This document shows positions 7,865-14,772 of a DNA stretch of 64,000 bases, piece by piece. A model generated the notes under the pieces. It had not been told where the DNA came from and made no database searches. It saw only the letters and a list, made by a program, of their open reading frames with translations. The stretch is from the IMG/VR virus record IMGVR_UViG_3300005826_000294, positions 1 through 64,000 of that record. One strand, given 5' to 3'. How positions within the stretch are numbered: the stretch's first letter is position 1; each line of letters begins with the position of its first letter. A program made the position numbers and the translations under genes.

Positions 7865-8314
7865 CTACAACAACTTCAATTCTACAGATATTTTCAAATC
7901 TTTGTTGTTCTCCAGTTCTTTCACCATTTCTCGAATATCTTCGGGAAGAGCTTTTCCGCAATATGTATTATTCTGTTTTTGTAACTCCTTTACTAGTGCT
8001 ACGGTTTCTTTCAAACCTTTTTTAGTATAGTTTCTTATTATTTTTACTGTTTCAGAAAAAATGACTTCACCTACAAAAGTCATATAGAATGCAACCTTAT
8101 TTTTGTCCAATTTTTCTTTCTGAACCGAAACTTTGTCTTGAAAACGATTTATTTGATACTCATCTGCAGCCGACAATCCAACGACCTCAGTGACCTTTTT
8201 CTGAATCAATTCCAAAAACTTCTTGGCTTCCTAATTCTCAACCAACTTACCATTGATCTCCCAAAACTTCATGGAATTCAACATCACAGAAATGGATACC
8301 AACAAATCATACAT
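7865..8314 (-). CDS. Ribosomal protein bL12 (L7/L12)-like, with an in-frame TAG at codon 28
   Basis: ELIQKKVTEVVGLSAA resembles the bL12 N-domain/hinge; VKIIRNYTKKGLKETVALV resembles the bL12 CTD; AAGGAG RBS before ATG 8314; TAG at 8231-8233. Confidence 0.55.
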
Positions 8315-8334
8315 TTTTTCTCTCCTTGATTTAG

Positions 8335-8399
8335 TACCACAGTAGAATTCGGACCTACATGCCCTTTAATTCCGTCACTAGCCATTAGGCTACCGTGAC
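8335..8399 (-). pseudogene. Decayed tRNA-Leu-like remnant
   Basis: Shares CACGGTAGC and GTGGTACTAA ends with 9715-9773; arms scrambled. Confidence 0.4.
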
Positions 8400-8464
8400 T
8401 AACTATTTATCAAAAAATATTCTATACTTCCTATTTAAATAACTGAATTACAAATCAGTTTAAT

Positions 8465-8500
8465 ATTGACGGAGAAGGAATCGAACATCATTTCCATCAA
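8465..8500 (-). ncRNA. Degenerate acceptor/T-arm minihelix
   Basis: TTGATGGA...TTCGATTCCTTC-TCCGTCAA; paralog of 10911-10953. Confidence 0.35.
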
Positions 8501-8674
8501 AAACCAGATCCAAGCTAAAACAAACCACACGACGTTTGATGATAAACGTTTTTCCTCTTCGTTTATAAACACTTACATGTATTAATTGATACCACTAAGT
8601 TATAAAAGTATACGAATATGAATTTATACGCCCTTTTGGAAAAAAATTTTCTATAACAAAATTGGGATTAGTGA

Positions 8675-8736
8675 TGAAACCTGCTGGAGTCGAACCAGCT
8701 TCCGCCTTGGCGCTGTCCCATTGACAGATAGGTTTC
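8675..8736 (-). ncRNA. 62-nt tRNA-like RNA lacking a normal anticodon arm
   Basis: GAAACCT-AT-CTGTC-AATGG-GACAG-CGCC-AA-GGCG-GAA-GCTGG-TTCGACT-CCAGC-AGGTTTC-A; all stems perfectly paired. Confidence 0.7.
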
Positions 8737-8776
8737 GATTGAAATTATTTAATCAGTCAACTAATCAGTCAACTAA

Positions 8777-9331
8777 TCAGTCGGTATAACTATCTGTTAA
8801 GATATAAGTTCCGCAGTCCATTACACCCCAAGGTGGAAGACCAAAATATTGAAGAATAATGCGACGCTCCTCTTTCGAAAAAGGCGCATTACTTCTCTTC
8901 TTAATTTTAGAAGAATACTGATGAGTATATTTTCTGGTTTCGAGCATCAGAAGACTATCAACAATCAACTTCCGTTCAGCTTGCTCAACTTTCCAGACTT
9001 CCGCCTTTTTATGATGTTCTTCATTCGCAGCATCCCATTTGGCTTTGATGATTTTTGATGCCCTGTGAACAGCATCTTCATCCATGAAGTCTGTGTCAAT
9101 TGGCAACCAAGCACCTCTACCATCAATCCATACACCCGTTTCCACATGGCCAAATGAACAGGTTTCGATCTCTTTGTCGATTAAAACAGGCACAGTCATT
9201 CCAACTTCCATTTTATGACGATTAGAATTAATAAGGATAACCTTACCCTCAGAGAAAGCAACCCACCTATCTCCTCGCCTGGAGATATATTTGATGACTA
9301 CAACTACTGACCACATTGGACGAAGATTCAT
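8777..9331 (-). CDS. Hypothetical protein
   Basis: GAGGAG RBS; 184 aa. Confidence 0.7.
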   Translation of the reverse strand: MNLRPMWSVVVVIKYISRRGDRWVAFSEGKVILINSNRHKMEVGMTVPVLIDKEIETCSFGHVETGVWIDGRGAWLPIDTDFMDEDAVHRASKIIKAKWDAANEEHHKKAEVWKVEQAERKLIVDSLLMLETRKYTHQYSSKIKKRSNAPFSKEERRIILQYFGLPPWGVMDCGTYILTDSYTD

Positions 9332-9389
9332 CTTTTACTCCTCTTGCTGTTGATATGGTTCTATTATGTTATATATTATTATGGTGTTG

Positions 9390-9614
9390 TTATCTTATAG
9401 AGACATGTACACATATATATGTATACTTATCTATATATCTTTGGTTATACGAAATTTTCCAAAAAACTAACTCTACTACGTAAGTACCCCATGGGTCCCC
9501 TATTTCCCCAAACGATTTTACGGGTTCCCCGGAACTTTCTTCACTTGGCTTATAAGATTTGTTTTTGTAAGTAAATAAAGGATCATGACCAAAAAAACCA
9601 TGATCCGGAGTCAT
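9390..9614 (-). CDS. Hypothetical small ORF; decayed paralog at ~12285-12503
   Basis: Shared TAGAGACATGTACACATA and VELxF..xxYN segments. Confidence 0.35.
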   Translation of the reverse strand: MTPDHGFFGHDPLFTYKNKSYKPSEESSGEPVKSFGEIGDPWGTYVVELVFWKISYNQRYIDKYTYICVHVSIR

Positions 9615-9625
9615 AAAAATTATAT

Positions 9626-9701
9626 TGGTGAGAGCGGAGGGGTTCGAACCCTCGACCTACAGATTAAAAGTCTGTTGCTCTTCCAGCTGAGCTACACTCC
9701 C
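9626..9701 (-). tRNA. tRNA-Lys(UUU) with encoded CCA
   Basis: Canonical cloverleaf; ACAGA-CTTTTAA-TCTGT. Confidence 0.95.
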
Positions 9702-9714
9702 ATAAAAATCTTAG

Positions 9715-9773
9715 TACCACGGGTGGGATTCGAACCCACACTGAACGGATTTTAAGTCCGTTGCTACCGTGGT
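9715..9773 (-). tRNA. D-armless tRNA-Leu(UAA)-like RNA
   Basis: ACCACGG/CCGTGGT acceptor; AACGGA-CTTAAAA-TCCGTT; GTGGG-TTCGAAT-CCCAC; only TAGC between acceptor and anticodon arm. Confidence 0.65.
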
Positions 9774-9780
9774 TAAACTT

Positions 9781-10263
9781 CTACACTATTATCTCCCAAC
9801 CCTTCATTCTCATTTTTTCCTCCCTCTTGTCAGTACACCTAATAAGTTTACGGGCTTTACCATTCCTTATGTTTTCAAGTATCTTTGGAACACTTAAATA
9901 ATCTAGAAAAGAGTTTAATCCATATCTGTTTAGTCGCAATGTATTAATATCGAAATCCGGAGAGAACACCAGATTTGACACTACATCAATTTGCATCTGT
10001 TCATCTCCGTGAACAACAAACCTTTCAAGATGAATACTATTATCATAATTACTACAATAATATTCAAGTGCCAAAACTCCAAATGACCCAAAATGACGTA
10101 GCAAAAACTTCTTAAAACTAAATCGATATTTTGGATCGATACAACAATCGATGTCATTTGTTGACTTACCGGCAATTGTGTCTCGTACATAACCTCCAAA
10201 CACAAAACCAAAGTTGTTAGCAATTTCATTTACGAGTTCTTTTTTATCCATGATGGCCTCCAC
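9781..10263 (-). CDS. Minimal nucleotidyltransferase (CCA/poly(A) polymerase head-like)
   Basis: FGGYVRD...DID catalytic motif and DFDIN (RDFTIN-like). Confidence 0.7.
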   Translation of the reverse strand: MEAIMDKKELVNEIANNFGFVFGGYVRDTIAGKSTNDIDCCIDPKYRFSFKKFLLRHFGSFGVLALEYYCSNYDNSIHLERFVVHGDEQMQIDVVSNLVFSPDFDINTLRLNRYGLNSFLDYLSVPKILENIRNGKARKLIRCTDKREEKMRMKGWEIIV

Positions 10264-10272
10264 ATATGGTGA

Positions 10273-10344
10273 TACTCCGGGTGGGACTTGAACCCACGCT
10301 CTGTCGCTTATAAGGCGACTGCTTTACCACTAAGCTACCGGAGT
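10273..10344 (-). tRNA. tRNA-Ile(UAU)
   Basis: Perfect cloverleaf; GTCGC-CTTATAA-GCGAC. Confidence 0.9.
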
Positions 10345-10352
10345 TCTTTAAC

Positions 10353-10655
10353 TTAAAGTTCAGGAAGAAGATCTTTCAATACTTCCCAATTCTTATTCCT
10401 TGGCATACTCTTTCCCGTTTCCCAAAGGGAAATCGTTACATTAGAAACTCCCACTAACTCTGCAAATTCTGCCTGAGAAAACTTGTGGTGTTTCCTTAAC
10501 TTCCTAAGCCGTGAAGAAAAGTCGTTTGTGCAAAGTTTTCTAGAAATAACTTCACACTTTCTTTCCTTTAAAAGACGATTCATTTTCTCGGCCGCGGCAA
10601 TACGAACCTCAATTGGTAAGTTCATATCATTTTGAGCCTTTAATAACTCTTCCAT
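10353..10655 (-). CDS. XRE-family HTH transcription regulator
   Basis: LRKLRK...SQAEFAELVGVSNVTISLWETGKSMP. Confidence 0.85.
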   Translation of the reverse strand: MEELLKAQNDMNLPIEVRIAAAEKMNRLLKERKCEVISRKLCTNDFSSRLRKLRKHHKFSQAEFAELVGVSNVTISLWETGKSMPRNKNWEVLKDLLPEL

Positions 10656-10665
10656 TGTGGCCTCC

Positions 10666-10863
10666 TTAACACATTCCTGTACATGCCCGGTGATACTCTT
10701 CCTCGATCTTACTCATTATTTTTGTTGCCTCCCTTACTCCACTACACTTCCTCTCTTCCAAAATGTTATTACCCTGAATAACTTTAACGGTTTTGCCGTT
10801 GTAAATAAAATTCAAATTAAACAATGCAACTTCTCTCTTGATGATTTCCATTGTCTCCTCCAT
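10666..10863 (-). CDS. Hypothetical protein
   Basis: ORF co-directional with neighbours. Confidence 0.5.
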   Translation of the reverse strand: MEETMEIIKREVALFNLNFIYNGKTVKVIQGNNILEERKCSGVREATKIMSKIEEEYHRACTGMC

Positions 10864-10910
10864 TTTGTGGTTCCTTAATGAACAAATAAAATATTCATCA
10901 TATTTTTAAT

Positions 10911-10953
10911 ATTGACGAAGAAGGAATCGAACCTTCATAAACCATTTCGTCAA
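10911..10953 (-). ncRNA. 43-nt tRNA minihelix (acceptor stem plus T arm only)
   Basis: GTTGACGAA-ATGGTTAT-GAAGG-TTCGATT-CCTTC-TTCGTCAAT. Confidence 0.55.
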
Positions 10954-10961
10954 CCTTTTAA

Positions 10962-11798
10962 TTAAATAGACTTAAACAATAATCTATTCAAATCTTCCAT
11001 CGAAAGTCTCTCCTTCGTTTTTGCGATAAATCCGCCCGGATGGGCGAATAATACTTCCTCTTCATTAACAATCTTAGAAAAGTCTACCTTAGGGTGATCG
11101 TTAAATCTATATAGTGACCATCCTTCCCCCCTATTGTCATAGGAAACCATTGCTCCAGCATTAGGATATTGAGTCTTTTGAATATATGAAACTACACCCA
11201 TATCTGAATTAGAAAGTCCTTTTTCTACAATCAAAACATCCACTCCATTAAGCCAAATAAAATTAATTTCTTCCTTCAAACTTTCCATCCCCTTATACCA
11301 TTCCTCCGCGTTCTTTACCAGTTGCTCTCCAATCATGGAAAGCATAGTATAAAGATCACTTCCTACCTCAATATTTCTCTTTTTTGAAACCATATTCATA
11401 ATTGCTTCATCGACCGGAGACCAAAGACTATCAGTCCAATCATTTGGAAGACCAAGTCTCTTGGCGACCTGGAATGGACCTTTGCTATCCATTTCCATGG
11501 ATGTATCCCACCACATCAAAGAACTAAAACACTTATAAAGACTTGGAAATACTCCTAAGAGAAAATACCCAAACCCCCACGCCGGGTCATCGTCCCTTTT
11601 AAGTTGATGATGATCATAATTATTCAATTTAGGTTCGTGCTGATTCCCAACATCGACTACTAATACCTCAGGATCATTCAACTCTTCCTCTGTAGGATCC
11701 CTACGGAAAATGGAAATCGCCATCTTGAAGGCCACAATGGCCATTGTAAGAAAATCATCTCGATGTGTTGGACCTGAATGTACAATCAACTTTTTCAT
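10962..11798 (-). CDS. MYG1-family (DHH-like) exonuclease
   Basis: HSGPTHRDD, VVDVG, YDHHQ, LFAHPGGFIA; likely start MKKLIV. Confidence 0.8.
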   Translation of the reverse strand: MKKLIVHSGPTHRDDFLTMAIVAFKMAISIFRRDPTEEELNDPEVLVVDVGNQHEPKLNNYDHHQLKRDDDPAWGFGYFLLGVFPSLYKCFSSLMWWDTSMEMDSKGPFQVAKRLGLPNDWTDSLWSPVDEAIMNMVSKKRNIEVGSDLYTMLSMIGEQLVKNAEEWYKGMESLKEEINFIWLNGVDVLIVEKGLSNSDMGVVSYIQKTQYPNAGAMVSYDNRGEGWSLYRFNDHPKVDFSKIVNEEEVLFAHPGGFIAKTKERLSMEDLNRLLFKSI

Positions 11799-12188
11799 TG
11801 TCTTTCCTTTCGCGTTGTTGTGTTGATTTAAAAATCTATCCGCAACGATCCCATCCGGATCCACATGGACATTCATAGTGCCCGTTTTGTCTATTGTTGT
11901 CTAGATAATTAAAATAATAATCATACAACAAATCTTTCACTTCCTTCTCAGACATGCTTTTAAGAAGCGAAAGACTTATAACTTCTCTATTTTGCAAACT
12001 TCACAAACCCAAGTTTTTCAAGAATCTTTGAAGCTTTGGTTATTCCAACCGTCCCACAAACTTTGTTACAAATCTTGATTGCCTTTTCTGCGTTAATTTT
12101 TCTTTACTTTTTCTACTGATTTACACGCAGTTTTGAAAAAAAATTTTTTTATATAAAAATCAGTATTTTGATTTTAATGAGATCTTAT

Positions 12189-12245
12189 TCTATTATCTCT
12201 AATATAGTGAAATCTATAAGACTTGAACATATTAGAGATAATAGA
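12189..12245. terminator. 17-bp perfect inverted repeat
   Basis: TCTATTATCTCTAATAT / ATATTAGAGATAATAGA with a 23-nt loop. Confidence 0.45.
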
Positions 12246-12513
12246 TTAGAATAACATATTTCTGTTATTATAGTGTTATTGTCTCGTAGAGACATGTACA
12301 CATACACATATCTATATGCCTTTAGTTATACGGCATTTGGCAAAAAATTAATTCTACTATGTGACCACCCCCGCCCCTCGTATATACACCTGATATTGCT
12401 CAGGTTTCTTGGGCCCACCCTCGTTTGAAAATAATGATCTTTTCGTGTAAGGTCCTAAAATTACAAAAGATCATTGTCCAAAGGACAAATGATCCAGCGC
12501 CATGATCTTTTAA

Positions 12514-12586
12514 CGGTGTTGTGGGAATCGAACCCACGTCTTTCGAGTCTTTCTGCTCGACGCTCTTCCAGTTGAGCTAAACACCT
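12514..12586 (-). tRNA. Atypical tRNA-like gene with an 8-nt anticodon loop (CAGAAAGA, Phe-like)
   Basis: D, anticodon (TCGAG/CTCGA) and T arms intact; 6-bp acceptor; A33 instead of U33. Confidence 0.6.
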
Positions 12587-12629
12587 TACATTTTTCTACT
12601 CCTGAACAATATTGAAATTATATGGTGGT

Positions 12630-13001
12630 TTAAACATCATCGGTGAAACTAAACCTGCATTTTTTACAGGTAATTGTTTCTATGTGTCTATTTTTACCAA
12701 GGGATAAAATAAGTATCCCAAGGCCAACACAACCAAGAGGTAAGGTAAGTGTCCCAACCCCATTACCACCAAGAAACAGAACAAGTGCCCCAAGCCTATC
12801 AAGGGACAAGATAGTCCCTAGCCTAGTGCTCCCAATGGATAGACCAACCGAGAATAAGGCCCAAAGTAACCCCATGATTATCAAAACACAAGAAATGAAT
12901 AGTGATCCCGTTGGAACCACATTACGTCGACGTCGATGTAAATCTACATCTACTCCTGCTTCCGAACATTTAGGACAATTTCTGATGTCTGATATATCCA
13001 T
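12630..13001 (-). CDS. Membrane protein with a split CxxC...CxxC zinc ribbon
   Basis: CPKC, hydrophobic segments, CKKC. Confidence 0.7.
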   Translation of the reverse strand: MDISDIRNCPKCSEAGVDVDLHRRRRNVVPTGSLFISCVLIIMGLLWALFSVGLSIGSTRLGTILSLDRLGALVLFLGGNGVGTLTLPLGCVGLGILILSLGKNRHIETITCKKCRFSFTDDV

Positions 13002-13207
13002 AAACTTCTCTCTTTCAAGTTGAGATTGTTTTCCATGTAATCCTTTATGTTATTTCATCAATCCCCTTTCTTTTGCTATGTAATTAGCCCCCTTACACCC
13101 TTTTGAAAACTTAGGTTTCTGGATACTGCTTCCCGCCATACGACGACTTGGTCGGCAAATAGTAACCATGACTTCCTGACCATTGATAATCGTCTTCCCT
13201 TTCTATA

Positions 13208-13280
13208 TGAGAGCGGTGGGGCTCGAACCCACGACCTACAGATTAAAAGTCTGTTGCTCTTCCAACTGAGCTACGCTCCC
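13208..13280 (-). tRNA. tRNA-Lys(UUU)
   Basis: Canonical cloverleaf; near-identical to 9626-9701. Confidence 0.95.
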
Positions 13281-13309
13281 GAAGTAATCTCTATGATCTT
13301 TTGGAAAAC

Positions 13310-13524
13310 TTAATTCCCCTAGGGGAAAATGCTTCTTTTCCCAAAATGCTATCACTATGCTTGCTACTTGATAGTAGGTTGCTATACACTTACTATAATA
13401 CTGCTGTATTCTTCACAAGCATTTTACTGGGGGGTTTTAAAACTTTCCCATACAGCAAAATGCTAAGTGCTTGTAATCATTAGGGGCAGGTTCAAAGAGC
13501 CAAAACCCCCTAGAGAAATTAAAC
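13310..13524 (-). ncRNA. 215-nt structured element, copy 1
   Basis: Near-identical to 13936-14150; the ends form a 16-bp helix with two G-U pairs on the minus strand. Confidence 0.65.
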
Positions 13525-13528
13525 TTAG

Positions 13529-13600
13529 CGGGACTGACGGGGATCGAACCCGCCTCGCCGGATCGACAGTCCGGAGGCCTCACCAGATGCCTACAGTCCC
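13529..13600 (-). tRNA. tRNA-Asp(GUC)
   Basis: CCGGA-CTGTCGA-TCCGG; acceptor GGGACTG/CAGTCCC. Confidence 0.9.
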
Positions 13601-13610
13601 AATAAAATAA

Positions 13611-13694
13611 TGCCTGAGGTGGGACTCGAACCCACATGCTCATAAGAACGGCAGATTTTAAGTCTGCTGTGTATGCCAATTCCACCACTCAGGC
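13611..13694 (-). tRNA. tRNA-Leu(UAA)
   Basis: GCAGA-CTTAAAA-TCTGC; long variable arm. Confidence 0.95.
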
Positions 13695-13727
13695 ATAGCA
13701 GTTTATACTTATGCTGAGGAGTTATAA

Positions 13728-13850
13728 CTAAAACTTAATGTGCTTAAAACACAGTATCTTTCCGTCCAACTTCATTGTGTTCCTTTTCTCCACCATTTCC
13801 CCACACACCGTACATTTTACCAAACGGATATCACAAAGATTCTTGTACAT
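13728..13850 (-). CDS. 40-aa zinc-finger-like peptide
   Basis: AAGGAG RBS; CTVC...CFKH. Confidence 0.5.
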   Translation of the reverse strand: MYKNLCDIRLVKCTVCGEMVEKRNTMKLDGKILCFKHIKF

Positions 13851-13935
13851 TGTCTTTCTCCTTGGTTGAAAAGTTCTACGACCGTTAGCATTACCCAGAC
13901 AATACCACGTGGAGGTGGTCGCTTATTGTCCATCT

Positions 13936-14150
13936 TTAATTCCCCTAGGGGAAAATGCTTCTTTTCCTAAAATGCTATCACTATGCTTGCTACTTAATAG
14001 AACAATGCTATACACTTACTATAATACTGCTGTATTCTTCACAAGCATTTTACTGGGGGTTTTTAAAACTTTCCCATACAGCAAAATGCTAAGTGCTTGT
14101 AATCATTAAGGGCAGGCTCAAAGAGCCAAAAACCCCTAGAGAAATTAAAC
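13936..14150 (-). ncRNA. 215-nt structured element, copy 2
   Basis: Direct repeat of 13310-13524. Confidence 0.65.
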
Positions 14151-14331
14151 AACAGAGATTTTTCGCAGACAAGATGACCATAAGAGTCGAACCTCATAGG
14201 ATCACTCCCAAGAATAACCCTTGTGTAAAGAAATATGTCTAGTCAGACATAGACACATGTAAGTATTTACACATGATGTGATCTCGGTTGGTTATCCAGT
14301 GGCACCACGAGGAGGTGATCACATGCCACCA

Positions 14332-14362
14332 TACTCCCCCCCCTTTGACGAGGGGGGGAGTA
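14332..14362. terminator. GC-rich hairpin downstream of 14386-14772
   Basis: TACT-C8-TTTGACGA-G7-AGTA, 11-bp stem; no U tract. Confidence 0.5.
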
Positions 14363-14385
14363 AAAGCCGAAATAATTACGGGAGC

Positions 14386-14772
14386 TTAGCTCCCAACAAC
14401 CTCATCCTTAAAAGACTTGGTGGCCTTATCGGCAACCTCCGCTTCGGAAGTTGCTGAACTCAAATCAAGCTTGCTTGTATCAACCCAACCCGTAGCCCAG
14501 AGATAGACATTACCCCTGGAGTTCTTCTTGGCGACACAGCTGATATGCAAGGCCCCGAGGGCCTCTTGAGGCACGCTTAACTTCACTCTCTTCCCAACGA
14601 GATCCTGATGGGTTCCTTTTTGAAACACGAGGTTAGTGCTGATAACCAAAGCATCCGAAGGACGCCTTCCATGGGCCTCACGCAACTTGGCATTCTCACT
14701 CTGGAGAGCCGCGAGCTGAGCTTCAAGGGCGGCCTGGGTCTCAAGCAAAGTCTTCTTGCTAGGAACGTTCAT
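14386..14772 (-). CDS. Hypothetical protein (N-terminal coiled coil, beta-rich core)
   Basis: GAGG RBS; higher GC than the core genome. Confidence 0.7.
   Translation of the reverse strand: MNVPSKKTLLETQAALEAQLAALQSENAKLREAHGRRPSDALVISTNLVFQKGTHQDLVGKRVKLSVPQEALGALHISCVAKKNSRGNVYLWATGWVDTSKLDLSSATSEAEVADKATKSFKDEVVGS

Noticed and set aside
8750-8783. TAATCAGTCAAC x3 repeat giving three in-frame TGA stops
   Set aside because: Most simply local slippage at a gene end.
13310-14150. MITE with TTAA target duplication
   Set aside because: End mismatches are strand-specific G-U pairs, the homology extends 2 nt past TTAA, and the ends do not match the IS607 ends. Not fully excluded.
14170-14215. 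Extra tRNA from a T-arm-like GTTCGACT segment
   Set aside because: No acceptor, D or anticodon stems could be built.
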